DNA of 63,143 nt, the filler included, from Octopus bimaculoides (Eukaryota): the NCBI RefSeq assembly GCF_001194135.2. It is 5 parts of 5 records of this genome, joined end to end, with 100 filler letters (N's around TTAATTAATTAA, not from the genome) between each part and the next. Parts side by side here need not be neighbours in the genome. Positions count along the whole stretch, not along the records: positions 1 to 25,605 come from NC_069003.1; positions 25,706 to 52,620 come from NC_068989.1; 3 more parts are not named here. One strand, 5' to 3'. The translations under genes and the position numbers were made by a program. Below are positions 23,045 to 35,779 of this stretch, in pieces. Position 1 is the stretch's first letter, and the number at the start of each line of letters is the position of its first letter. Under the pieces are notes generated by a model. That model saw nothing but the letters and a program-made list of their open reading frames with translations, did no database searches and was not told the DNA's origin.

Positions 23045-23620
23045 TTGTCAAGGACATGGTAATCTTTCCAGTGCTGGTACTATGTGCTCAGTACACATTG
23101 TAAAGTGGTTGATCTGTTCGGATATCCAACTGTAGAAACCATGTTGGTAATGAAGCATATGAAAGAGATCCTTGATTTGTCCTGAAGGAGAGGAGATAAC
23201 TCTGTATACAAATTGATAAAGGAATAACCCTTCCAATTAATGCTTGTATGAAAAGTAGAAGTAAAAGGATTATGATGATGTATTCAAAAAGACCTACCCA
23301 CCACAACAGAACTGAGATCTTAAAACCAAGGTGCCATGAAAATGCATTGGTGCTGGTGCCACATATAAAGCACTGGTGATGGTGCTACTTAGTAAAAAGC
23401 ATTGGTGATGGTACCACATAAAAGCAAGGTACTGGTGCCATGTTAAAAGCACTCAGTACAGGTGCATTAGGATGGGCATCCAGCTGCAGGAACCAAATCA
23501 AAACAGACTATGGAACCTGGGGCAGCCTCTTGCCTTGCCAGTTCCTGTCAAGTTGTCCAACCCATGTCAGCATGGAAAATGGATGTTAAATGTTGATGAT
23601 GATGATGATGATGATGATGT
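23045..23620 (+). mobile_element. SINE family C (V-domain-like) with internal tandem repeats and (GAT)n tail
   Basis: Two CACTCAGTACA..GGGCATCCAGCTG.AG.AACC modules. Four to five GGTGCCAC.TAAAAGCACT-like units at 23325-23450 and a (GAT)n tail. Confidence 0.7.
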
Positions 23621-24049
23621 ATTTTTGTTTTAAAAACATGTATTTTATCAATGTAAGTTTTTGATTATGATTGATGATTATACAAATCTTTAGTCTACAT
23701 GTATGATTTGAATAATGACATGATCTTACCAACAGGCAACACTCACCTCTCAAATTTAAGATATCATGTACTCATTTTCCCATGTTGCTATACCATACAC
23801 CCTTGTTACTATAGCAAGGGGAAATATATTTTAACTGATTAAAGCTCAGAATTCACTGAATACCAACAGAGTTGGTGACAGACATTTTATATATAAAAGG
23901 AAATTTGTATTTGTTCTGGATCTTAGTTTTCTATGTTTGTATCCTGCCAAGTCCAACTTTGTTTTTCATCCTTCTGGATTCAATAACATAAAATATTCCA
24001 GAGATCAATTACAAACAAAAAAAAAAAAAAAGAAAAAGAAAAAGAAAGA

Positions 24050-24415
24050 AACAGGTTTTGGTTACTGGGATCAGCTTGGGGAGCTCAAACTGTTCTCTCC
24101 AAAGCTGCCACGTGCGCAATACTATTTGTATGATGTGAAAAATATTCCGTCAACGTAGCCCAAATATTGTTGACATCAACTTTAAAGTTCAGTCAAGGCT
24201 TGGTCCCTCTGCCATCTGTCCTCTACAAAAATTGTGCTTGTGTCACATCACTGAACAATTTAACCTCGACTGGCCCTGATCTCTTTAGCATCATACCAAG
24301 ACAAAAACCCACATCATTCAAATGGTTCCTGGATGAATTCCTCCAACAAACTCCTGATAAACCACTTACACTTGGATATAATTCTGCAAAGAGTAACTCT
24401 TTACTCGAATAGGCT
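24050..24415 (+). mobile_element. CR1/L2-group LINE ORF2 3' remnant
   Basis: GYWDQLGELKLFS...YYLYDVKNI and GPDLFSIIP...FKWFLDEFLQQTPDKP...YNSAKSNSL, typical of CR1-group ORF2 C-termini. Confidence 0.7.
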
Positions 24416-24479
24416 ACAGTGTCCAAAGTATGACTATAACAGGATTATATTTATTCTCCAGGTGGTGCTATTAAGTTAG

Positions 24480-24840
24480 TCATCTCAGTCGCAATTCCCA
24501 CTATCTCTGCTTGTGGCACAATGCACATCAACATGAGATAGTTGCCTCAACAGTGTTCAATCTTTAACAAGAGCGTTCAAAGAAATTATATCAATGCTTG
24601 TCAATGCTGTAATGTTATCTTTCCATCTCTTAGGTTGTCGGCTACTGTTTTTCTTTCCATTAACCATGCTTTCCAAGCAGATCTTGCTGATGCCACAGAC
24701 CACTTACTTAGTGTGGCCCAGCAGTTTGAATGCTTTATTTTTGATGACAGAGGTGATTGGTGGTAATTTGGTTGTCTTAGATCTTCAATTCTGACATGGT
24801 CTGAGAGTTTGGTGTTTGTAATAAGTCGAATTACATGATT
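24480..24840 (-). mobile_element. RTE LINE 3' remnant
   Basis: Minus: DHVRIEDLR...GISKICLESMVNGKKNSSRQPKRWKDNITALTSI. Confidence 0.7.
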
Positions 24841-25029
24841 CAGAAAGACTTCCAGTTTCTATGATATAATAGAAATCCAGTTGACACCTTCTAGCCCTTT
24901 TAAAACTATTGGAAGAACTTAATTAGTCATAGCCTGGACTTATTCTGGAACCTATGTAAGTATACAACCCTGATCCCCAAATTTCAGGCCTTAGAAACAG
25001 CAGTTATTGTTGTTGATGTCCTTATAGTG

Positions 25030-25240
25030 ATGAGCTGCCAGAATCCTTCGAATATTGAACAAAATGCATAGCAGCATTTCTTCCAGCATTTTATGTTCTG
25101 AGTTCAAATCCTGCTGAAGTTAACTTTGTCTTTAATCCTTATTGGGTTGGCAAAATTATGTGGTGATCAGGTACTGTTGGGACTGATGTTATCAATTATC
25201 TCCACTCCTAAAAATTGCTGGCCTTCCTTGTGCCTAACTA
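25030..25240 (+). mobile_element. SINE family A copy
   Basis: GTGATGAGCTGCCAGAATC head; GAGTTCAAATCC B box. Confidence 0.7.
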
Positions 25241-25423
25241 GGGGACCATCATCATCATGAATGCTGTCTTCATTCTGGTTAGAGTTTTCTAAGAGTGCAA
25301 ATATAGTTTTTACAGTGTGTGTGTATATGTATATATATATATATAATTATATATAAAGGGCATTAACTGTGTATTAATGCCTCATGCTATCGAGGGACTA
25401 AATAAGTAAAAAAACTACCAAAA

Positions 25424-25605
25424 ATAAGCAACATATTTACCGAAAGCGAGGGAATGCAGCTTTTCAAAATTTATCTCTTAAAAACATTTCACAGTTTTTT
25501 CTGTATTTGATTGAGAAACCAGTGGTCTACCGTTGAGTTAAATGTTTTTAAGAGATAAATTTTGAAAAGCTGCATTCCCTCGCTTTCGGTAAATATGTTG
25601 CTTAT
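25424..25605. repeat. Perfect 66-bp inverted repeat with 50-bp spacer
   Basis: 25424-25489 is the exact reverse complement of 25540-25605; the right arm abuts a gap. Confidence 0.9.
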
Positions 25606-25705
25606 NNNNNNNNNNNNNNNNNNNNNNNNNNNNNNNNNNNNNNNNNNNNTTAATTAATTAANNNNNNNNNNNNNNNNNNNNNNNNNNNNNNNNNNNNNNN
25701 NNNNN
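25606..25705. other. Assembly spacer 44N-TTAATTAATTAA-44N (also at about 52621, 56972 and 60602)
   Basis: The identical 100-bp construct occurs four times; the 12-mer places stops in all six frames. Confidence 0.9.
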
Positions 25706-25916
25706 TTTTAAAGAATATGGCTAGGAACGAGGAAGATATGTTTGAATTTTTGGAAATAAGGCTCTAAATAGAGCTATTTCCGATTTGAAAAATATATGTT
25801 CACGAAGTATTTTGTGTTATACACAACTTATACAAAATTTTAAAACAAAATAGGTCTTTTAAGAGGTGAAAAATGCAACTTACATGAGAGCCGATGTGTC
25901 TACCGTCCGTCCATGA

Positions 25917-25918
25917 TG

Positions 25919-25985
<67 letters not shown>

Positions 25986-26157
25986 CAGAGAGACATTCAC
26001 CCACACGTATGTGCATATATGTATGTATCTACGTATCCTTATGAATGAATATATGGATGTATGTATGTGTGTGTATGAATGTACGTATGTGTGTATGTAT
26101 GTATGTATGTACATATGAATGCAAGTATGTATGTTCGTACGCACGTATGGATGTATG

Positions 26158-26191
<34 letters not shown>

Positions 26192-26205
26192 TGTATGTAT
26201 GTATG
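25917..26205. repeat. (GATA)n and (GTAT)n microsatellites
   Basis: Visible directly in the sequence. Confidence 0.95.
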
Positions 26206-27781
26206 CATAACTAGCGATTGAATTCTGAGTAAATAAGTGTTCTGAATATATTTTCTCTATAATTATGTAAGTTGTGTGAAAAATCATGTCTGCAATTTAT
26301 TTAAATATAACAAAGAAGCTAGATAATATAGAAGAATGAGTCATCTAAACAGAGAATTAAGCACGTGCACCATCATGATTATTCATATCATTGAAAAACA
26401 ACATATGGTTTCTTCAGAGGTAAGAATTTAAACTATCATATGATCAATGAGACGTTTGTGAATATTCGATTTGAAAATAGCTGCAAATACGCATCGATAC
26501 ATATATAAATAGGAAAGGTTTATCTTGTTAAATAAAACCATTTGGATATTTAATCTGTTTGTTAGTTTCAGAGAATCCGGACGTATATACAATTGACGTT
26601 GTACTATCGGAGTTGTTACATTAGCGAATGAAATACCTTTTCATGTTACATTGCGACTCTCTGCGCACGGAACATAAACATCGCCAAGAAGAAGATTACC
26701 TTACATGTTTAGAGAAATCGGTAAATAAATTGCCAATCGAGAGCAAGGGATTGGTGGATTTCTTAGTGGATCGAAAGGGATAAGTCTTAAAAATCAGCTC
26801 CGATTCTTTGAGTTGTCAGTTTCGCCATGTTACCGGTGGTCAGGATGGTCATTTAAGTGGACAAAGGCTTTTATTAAGGAACAGATCGGCAACGAACGAT
26901 GGGAATTCTGTAATAACTATGAAGTTAACTTCAAATTATCCGTATCAGTATTACATCTCCTCCGGTCGCCAGTCTATTCTCCTCTCCCTCTCGCTTGTAT
27001 GGTTAAAAGGACTGTTTTCTACTCACATCAGGAATGTTCTCAAAATATACAACCGTGACAAGAAGTCACTGAAACCGAGTAGATGTGAAATCTTATGTAA
27101 ATATTAATTATTCTGTTCCAATAATCGATAAGGTTGATTGATACAATCGATACGGTAACAAGGAATAACACGAATCTACATTAGCGTGGCGTCTCTAATT
27201 CAGCTGATTAAACGACATTTCTTCAAGAACTTAAATCATTATTGATGCTTGAAAAGATCCTAAAATCACAGCTCATATATTTTTTTAAGTATTGGCCACT
27301 TTGTTCCCTACCTGATAGAGTTTGGGTTAGCACAGTTGGAGTGTCATTGAATATATATATATTTGTTCAACAAGGCTGACCTTCCATTAAGCAACAACAA
27401 CGTTCAACCATGACAGTTATCAGTATTATTTTTTTCTTACAAAAGCTAAGGGCAACTTTATGATATGGAGCATTGCACGAGATATTATTCCAATCATAAC
27501 ATAATAATCGATAATAATTACCTGGAAAACTTCTCCATATATCTATTTTAACATAGCATGAAGTATAAGTGAGTAAAATAAAAGTTTGTCAAATTATGTA
27601 TTAACATTACAGATATATTTCAACGATTTTCAATCAAATGATTTTTTCGCACAAGAAGACAAGAGGGATTTCTAAAACAGTAAAGTGTGACTGTTTGATT
27701 CCTTAAATTTGAATCATCAGAAACTATTATCGATTCTATGAGGCTATATGAAACTCAGAAAATCATGTAATGCGATTCCAC

Positions 27782-27798
27782 TACACACACACACACAC

Positions 27799-27872
<74 letters not shown>

Positions 27873-27905
27873 GCATATATATATATATGTATATATATGC
27901 ATATG

Positions 27906-27938
<33 letters not shown>

Positions 27939-28085
27939 ACGTATATATATANNNNNNNNNNNNNNNNNNNNNNNNNNNNNNNNNNNNNNNNNNNNNNNNN
28001 NNNNNNNNNNNNNNNNNNNNNNNNNNNNNNNNNNNNNNNNNNNNNNNNNNNNNNNNNNNNACACACACACACACACATACACATA
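27782..28085. repeat. (CA)n/(TA)n/(TG)n microsatellites around a gap
   Basis: Visible directly in the sequence. Confidence 0.95.
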
Positions 28086-29762
28086 TAAAGCCATAAATGT
28101 TTTCTTATGCTTTACCAATTCGGTACTGAATTACTTGGACGTCTGCATTTTCATTTCCTTACTTTCCGGTAGCAGTAATCGCACCAGTGTAATGTAATGC
28201 CATCACAAGATAATGTAAGCAAATCTAGAATTTAAATTCTTCAAATGGTAATTCCAAAGTAGACATCAATGTCACCTTAATGCTACGTTCAATAAAAATA
28301 ATAACAGCGAACTGAAGCGCTTGGAATTAGTCGCAGTATCTCCTAGAAACAAGCCAAGATATGCTGACCTCTTCATCATGTCTGCACAAAAGAGGAATAA
28401 AGTGATTTAGAAATAGGACAAATGCTCTTCATCATGCAAAACCTTGATCAATATTGATATTAGGCTAGACATGAAATTTCAGAAGTCCTATAAAAATTTA
28501 TAGTCGGCGTTTACGATCTATTTAACTTAATAGAATATATGCTATATACTGGATGTACGTTATGAGTACATATAATTTGATTTCAAAAATAGGTTCTGTA
28601 GATGTAATCATGCTTATATCTTCATTAACCACGTCAACAAAAGGTGTCTTTATGCGGTCACTTGTCCATCAAGAGGTATCTGTCAAATCTCCCAGTAACC
28701 ACAACACTTAAATATAGAAGTTTGCATTAGATAATGTTGTACTAGATTTACATTAAGACAGATTTACGTTAAGACAGCCACGTATAACTAACATTTACAC
28801 TGCGCCAACGAGGAGGTGCATCTATGAATATCATCGAATAAGATATATTTATGTAGCATAAGTGATTAATTAAATTAGTAATTCAACTTATGCACTTATT
28901 TCGTTGTTCGTGAGTCAACAACTGATAAGACAATTTAGGAGAGCTAATATCTAAGGGAAGTAAATATTGCAAGCTTGCATTCATATATATTAAATATATT
29001 ACATTTAAAGACATGAAATGTTAGTTAGTGGATCTGATATTTTTCTCTACGTTTGTACAGTCCTTTACTCTATTGTGTAACATACCATCAACAGCACAAA
29101 CTGAGAAGATCAAATGCTATTAGTAATGCTATCACTCAAAATAAATCCTACATAAAATATCGTTCATTCAAATACAAACCTAAGAATCATTTGGAAATTA
29201 GCGTCACTTTTGACAATAAGTATATACTACTAGATTCATATATTGTAAACTTCCAAGTCCAGTTCGGCTTGATTTATTGCACTGAAAGAAGTGAGAGTCT
29301 CATATGTGAGTGGATAACTGCGTTCTGCTTGCTTGAGACAGCATAACATATGAGCCACTAAACATAACTTATTGTACATTAATATCTGTCCAATAACATA
29401 AAATTTATTTGAAAATTACACCAGTAGAAGGAGCATCATAACAGAACTATTTACTTCTTCGACAAATTCAAAAACAAGTGAACGGCCAACATGTTTCTTT
29501 TGTTTGGCTTTGTTTTGTGTTGTTTTGTTTAAATAAACATTCCATTTGTTTCATACAAAACACATGAAATGTTTCGAAACAAGATTGCGTAGTAAAACTA
29601 AAGATATTTCTCTCTCAAAACATATTATTCCTAACATAAAAAATGTTTGATGATTAGTCTCATTCTTCTGCTTCCTGTTCTGCAAGTGATCCCAAACTGC
29701 CTGGGACTGAAACAAAAATGTACCTCTGTCGTTAACAGTTAAGTGCTAATATAATACACAAA

Positions 29763-30195
29763 GGCAACAGGACTCTGCACCATGCAACACAAGTAGGATA
29801 ATCCAGTTATGGCTGTCAGAAATTTCTGCGACCACATGACCCATAACATCTGGCCACGTAACTCCCCGGACTGCAACCCCCTTGATTATTATGTGTGGGG
29901 CGTAGTTGAGCGAGAGACCAACAACGCTCCTTGTAACACCAAAGAAGAACTGAATGCAAGTATTATGGCAGCATTCACTACGTTAAACAAGGTGACAGTC
30001 CAGAAGAGTTGCAGGAGGTTCATAAGGCGTCCGGAGACTGTGGTTGAAGGCAATGGCGATTTTACTGAATATATTTACTACTTAGTATTTCAAGAATTTT
30101 TTATGTAACTTTGGTAACTATATCTGTTATGATGAGATTTCAGTGTTATTTTCACTGCTGTGCAATTTAGACGACAATTTATTCGCCGCACCCTG
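29763..30195 (+). mobile_element. maT (DD37D) Tc1/mariner 3' half with right TIR
   Basis: QQDSAP...FCDHMTHNIWPRNSPDCNPLDYYVWGVVERETN. The right TIR rc CAGGGTGCGGCGAATAAATTGTC is followed by TA at 30196-30197. Confidence 0.85.
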
Positions 30196-30539
30196 TATAT
30201 ATAAGGTGTACTTTGTTCTAATATAAACTACGGAATGCTAATTTCCCAACAAAAATATTTTCTCGACGTTTTTCATGGTAACGGTTTATATTCCCCATGT
30301 TTAAAGATATTTTTTTTAAAGTGTGAAGGATGCTATTATTGTCATTTGAATGTATGTTGCTAAATATCACAACGAGCAAGTTATGAATCACAACCGAACC
30401 TTGCATATACCACAATTTACTTTGATTTGATCAGAATGTTGTTCACAATCACTGCATTTGTGTAGAAAATCAGGAATCTTTAAATACAATAAATACGGAA
30501 AAAGAAGAAAATGAAATAAAGCGCATACATCGGTAACTG

Positions 30540-31330
30540 AGCTCGTGTAATAGGACGTTATCATGAAGTTCACTGTCGAAAATGTTAGGTCACTTGCAAC
30601 AATATTGCATGTGCTAAGTTTTCCTCTGGACAAAGACATTTGGCATATTTCACATAATCGCAAGTCACCGATATATATGGTTCCGCAAATATCGGACAGT
30701 TGTCATTTGGGAATTAAAGCATGTAAATGTGGGGAAATAGTCAATTGTTCGAAATTGATCTTTGATTGTTCAGTAGTAGATGCTATTAATTTATAAGTCA
30801 TGTGGTCGATGAGGATGTTTTTTTTACTCCTTTGCCAAAAACGGTTGAGAAACACTGCTTTAAAGAAATGAGTACACTGTAAACATGTTTCGATGACTGA
30901 GACCCATTAAATAACTTGGAGGTTGTGGAAGCCAGCTGTGAAGCGGAATGTCTAAAGATAACGAAACATAGCATTCTGTGGAGTAGTTTTATCTAAGCTT
31001 TTACTCTTTGTGACGTTCTGCACAGAATGACAAATCGAAAGATATGAGAATAGCTTCATTCCCGTTGTACAGTTTGTAGCGAGAAGCAAAACTGCAAAGA
31101 ATGGAGATTCATTTTCATTAGATATGCGACTTCTGAGACATCATAATTGAGGAATAATGCCAAGAAATAGTACATAAAGTTGGCATAAATACTTCTCACA
31201 AGAGACAGAAGCCTCTAGTTAAGCTTGGAAAATGAATGAGCTATTTACTGCGCTCTACAACACTCTAAGACAGCAGTCGTTTTTCTTTCAGTGCTTTAAA
31301 GCACACTCGCTATATGTATCCAGGGGTTCT
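30540..31330 (+). mobile_element. Possible very old Tc1-like transposase debris plus a hAT-MITE end
   Basis: Faint D.DPLNNL..W resembling PDLNPIENLW at about 30895; GGTTGAGAAACACTG (hAT TIR-like) at about 30843-30857. Confidence 0.25.
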
Positions 31331-32014
31331 AATGATTTACGATGACTTTATAAAATGACAACTGATGCTTAAATTGTTTTAAAATGACGCCCTACACTTA
31401 CACCAGTGAATAAATCAGTTGATGCCTTTTGCTGACATTCATTACAATACTTCGTATAATGTATAGTCCTTATATAACGTATAAATTATAAATTAATTTT
31501 TATATTATTATACAATATTTCCCCTATATATGTGAAGTGGATTAGCTTAACACGATTCTCTAACCTAATTCGTAGGTTCGGTTACTGTGATGTTCCCTAC
31601 TTACCCCGCATTAATTCCAGGGTAAAGGTCAAAGATTTTAAAAGCCAGAATACATGAACTTGCAATTTGTATGACTTTCTCAAAATAGCGGTATAAGTTG
31701 TGATAATGTTATTTCAATAAAAAAAAAAGAAAAAAAAATTCAGCACCTCATTTAAGTCTCTATTTTCCAGTAATTCATTCTTTACACAATGAAGTTTTAT
31801 TTCACAGACCAAAACATGAGATTATTGTTTACACACGCTGATGCAAGAAACATTTAAAATTGCCAAATGTTATGACATGCATGATTGTATTCTCAAGACC
31901 AATATTAAGTATAGTGTAAGAATCTATGCTGCGAAGAGGAGGTAGACAAATATCAATAAATAAACGACCAGCAAATGTGGGATCTAAAGTAAGTTTCAAT
32001 ACAACATAATAATG

Positions 32015-32260
32015 ATGGCTTCAAATTTTGGCACAGAGCTTGGGCTTTCGGGTGGGATGGGGTTGGGTGGAGGAATAAGTCGATGACATCGACTCTAGGT
32101 TCATACTGGTACTTATTTTATCGACACAGCAATGATGTAAGGCAAACTTGACCTCAGTGGAATTGGTGCTCAGAGTACAAAGACAGAAGAAATCCCGCTA
32201 AGCATTTCGTACTACGTAGTAACGGTTCTTTCAGCTCACTGCATTAAATCCTACAGGAAT
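32015..32260 (-). mobile_element. SINE family A copy
   Basis: ACTGGTACTTATTTTATCGAC...AGGCAAACTTGACCTC is the reverse complement of the core. Confidence 0.75.
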
Positions 32261-32699
32261 ATAGAAATTAAGACTTCACAGTGATTTGAAATTGCTTACA
32301 AGAAACGTGAGAATAATATAAATAGCTTCAGTGTATGTTTACAGTTTTTAAAGGAACTTGTTCCACATGACATAAACACGTGTGTTATACGGACAGAAGC
32401 ATAGACAACCAAATCACACACGAAATGTATTGATGGTTACACATTTAGCACTAACATTAATAATTAAGCATATTAACAATTCAAACATTTACTGAACTTC
32501 TTAGATGCAGATCTATATTTATAGCAATTTATTCGTCCTTTATTGTATTTATATTTTACACACACTCCTACCTACCCCAATTCCTCTTAACCCTTCGTTT
32601 CGATTTCCCTTCTATCCCTACACCATTTTCTTTCCTTCATTCCGTCTCTCTTCTTTATCGCTAATACCTTTATGTTTCATTAATGTTATTAATATTGTT

Positions 32700-32950
32700 T
32701 TTTGCCATCTGTTTGTCGTCAGTATCATTATAATTACTAGTATCGTTAGTACATATGTGTACTAGTTTACTAATACCTCTGCTGCTGCTGCTGCTACTAC
32801 TGTTACTCTCCTTCCTCCTCTTGCTACTACCACCTCCTGTCTTTTCCACTGCAACTATCACCATTGCCACTATTAATGCTGCTGCCACGACATTGACAAC
32901 TATTACAATAATAGCAACACTGCTATTGTTATTACTACCACTAATCAAGC
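32700..32950. repeat. Degenerate (CTA/CTG/CAC)n tract
   Basis: Visible directly in the sequence. Confidence 0.75.
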
Positions 32951-33129
32951 TTTCCCTATCGAGAGGGGCATTCCTTGAAAACTTCAGTCTTCCGTCTCCC
33001 ATTATATTCCTCGAAACATGGGGTCAAAAACAAAGAAAGATATTGGAAGGAAAAAGAAAGAAGGAATATACGAAAGACATATATAAAAGATATAGGAGAG
33101 ATTGAATTATGCTAACATAAACAATAACA

Positions 33130-33360
33130 ACGTAAGAAACCTTCCAAGCGAAATATATCGCGGCATTTTCGAGAATTTTCAGACACAGGAAAAATGTTTT
33201 GTCGGTGAAGAGGTCGCAGCTTCGAGCGACGAAACTTCTGAGACCATATTGCAAATATATGGAACATACAGTGAGTTCAAAGAAGGACATAACAGTGTTG
33301 ACGAGACACAACAACTCTTATTCCTGAACTTCTCAGAATTTTTAGAAAAGTAACCAGAGA
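33130..33360 (+). mobile_element. Possible mariner transposase HTH remnant
   Basis: TSETILQIYG...YSEFKEGHNSVDE resembles the mariner N-terminal A.ET...L..xYG...W...FKxGxxSxED. Confidence 0.3.
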
Positions 33361-33746
33361 TGAGATCTTCCGTGTTTATTTCCCCTGTGAAATCACACTA
33401 CATATTGCTTCTATTATTACTATGATTACAGACGATGAACAAAATTGTTTCTAAAAAAAAGTGATTGAATAATGGATGCAAAACCTGATGTTAAGTTGCA
33501 ACTGGAAAATTTGAAAGCAACAAACACATAAAACCAAATCTTTAAGTGAAAATCTCGATTTCTACTTTATTCTTTGTTATTCCATTTTTAAGTATTTCTT
33601 ATCGTCTCAACTACCAAATTCGCAAGACAGTAAAGAATCTAAGTATCCTACAATTTTATACGCATAGGCAAGATACACACAATTCTCTCTCCACAACAAG
33701 TAAAAAGATATGACAGTTGTGCGTAAATCTTGACATCATTATCAGA

Positions 33747-33787
<41 letters not shown>

Positions 33788-33899
33788 AATGAACAACACA
33801 TGCATAGGATAATCAATTTATTTATTATCATAGTCATTTTATATTACTTACGCGGCGTTTCGGTTAATTGCTCCATCCATATATGGACATTCAAAGTGC

Positions 33900-34175
33900 A
33901 TTATGAAGTTGATAAAAGCAAAAGGGCCTCCTCACGGCAAATTCGATTATATAACGACTTGAATAGGATACAGAGAGCACTCAGGGGAGAGTAAATATGT
34001 CAACAAAAAACAGTCCTCTAAACTTTACCAACATGCCAAAGACCAACATGAAGGCACGTTGTACCGACTTGACATCAGCATTTTATCCAAGCACCTGAAG
34101 GGCCCCACACTCAGACAAAGACAGGAGTACGTCCTCATAAATGGACCATCTCTGGTGCTAAATAGGAGATACACA
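33900..34175 (+). mobile_element. Penelope-like element GIY-YIG endonuclease C-terminal remnant
   Basis: SSKLYQHAKDQHEGTLYRLDISILSKHLKGPTLRQRQEYVLINGPSLVLNRR matches the PLE H...H...IL...R...E...I...LN pattern. Confidence 0.7.
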
Positions 34176-34259
34176 TAGAAGGAAGCGATATCCCAACACC
34201 TACAGTTTATGCATACACAGGTAGATTTGTTAGTAGGTTGTTATGTAGGCGAATGTATA

Positions 34260-34430
34260 TATAAGTAGGTAGGTAGGTAGGAAGGTAGGTAGGTAGGTAG
34301 GTAGGTAAGTAGGTAGGTAAGTAGGTAGTTAGGTAGGTAGGTAAGTAGGTAGGTAGGTAGGTAGGTAGGTAGGTAATTAGGTAGGTAGGTAGGTAGGTAA
34401 TTAGGCAGATAAATAAATATGTAGGTAAAC

Positions 34431-34489
<59 letters not shown>

Positions 34490-34930
34490 CAGACAGATAG
34501 ATACAGAGGTGAAACGGACAGACAAGCACACACACACATTCATACATACATACATACACAAAAAGAGTCGGAAACACATAATCATATAGACACATTCACA
34601 CTCCACACATACACACATATGGACACATACACACATATGGACACAAACAAACATACCTCACAGACGTACGCATATAGTCACAGAAACCCATGCACAAAGG
34701 AATACTCAGACACGCACACAGGAGGAGAGAGGTACACACACAAATAAACACACGTACACACACATACAAACACACAAGCACATGAATATGCAGAATACAC
34801 TCATAAAAACGTGCATACACGCATAGATATATATATATATGCATGAACACACGCATACATACATGCATGAATACATACATACATACATACATACATACAT
34901 GCAAACATATATATATATATACAAACATAC
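34260..34930. repeat. (AGGT)n, (GATA)n and CA-rich microsatellite complex
   Basis: Visible directly in the sequence. Confidence 0.95.
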
Positions 34931-35181
34931 ATATGTGTATACACATGCATAATGACTCACACACATGCGCACAAACAAACAAAAAGAACGCAGCTGCAAT
35001 AAGGCCAGAGTCAACAACTATCGAAGTGGTTGCAAGAAGCAACGAATTTTTTAGAATAAAATTATATATGTCAATGAATGGAAATTGAACCGGTAAGTGT
35101 TTTAACTAATAAGGCATTAAAACAGAATGCCTCTCCCCAGAGACAGCAATATATATGTATATATATATATATATATATATA

Positions 35182-35375
35182 CATGGGAGAATTTGCGAAA
35201 AAACACAACAACAGACGAGGACAGGTGGTGTAAACAACAAAAGGATGTATTAGTTTAACGCTCGGGAATGGAGAAAGTCTTTAACGTTTCGAGCTACGCT
35301 CTTCATCAGACAGAATACGGAGAAGACAAGGAGAAAAACACGGAGAAAAAAAAATGAATGTTTTGGTCAGCGATC
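35182..35375 (-). mobile_element. Penelope-like terminal-repeat (pLTR) fragment inserted in (TA)n
   Basis: About 190 bp of unique sequence flanked on both sides by TA repeats; carries a hammerhead motif. Confidence 0.6.
35277..35315 (-). ncRNA. Minimal type-I hammerhead ribozyme motif
   Basis: Minus strand TTCTGT-CTGATGA-A-GAGC-GTA-GCTC-GAAAC-GTT-AAAGAC. Conserved cores, 4-bp helix II, palindromic AACGTT helix III and imperfect helix I. Confidence 0.7.
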
Positions 35376-35486
35376 TAATATATATANNNNNNNNNNNNNN
35401 NNNNNNNNNNNNNNNNNNNNNNNNNNNNNNNNNNNNNNNNNNNNNNNNNNNNNNTATATATATATATTATATCTATGTGTGTGTGA

Positions 35487-35521
<35 letters not shown>

Positions 35522-35748
35522 CAAATCTCGATGTAAAGTTGACAAATCATATTTTGGATGTGGCTACAAATATTTCTGAACGTATATTATAAGACTACAT
35601 CTTTTCATTCGGTCTAATCTAATACTGGAAACGTGAAACTCAAAATTAGCAATCGGAAAATCTTCAGCTTCTTATAAAATATAAATATTCTATTTTATTT
35701 ACCAGTATCTTTTAACTAGTTTGTAACTAAACACACTCATCAATTCAT

Positions 35749-35779
<31 letters not shown>

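Noticed and set aside
23325-23450. Repeated GGTGCCAC.TAAAAGCACT units, superficially CRISPR-like
   Set aside because: The units are degenerate and nearly contiguous with no unique spacers, lie inside a eukaryotic SINE, and there are no cas genes.
25650-25661. TTAATTAATTAA palindrome recurring four times inside N runs
   Set aside because: Always 44N-12mer-44N with stops in all six frames: an assembly linker, not biology.
33850-33885. Minus-strand CCGAAACG near the GIY-YIG remnant
   Set aside because: There is no recognisable CTGANGA core or helix II; too degenerate to call.
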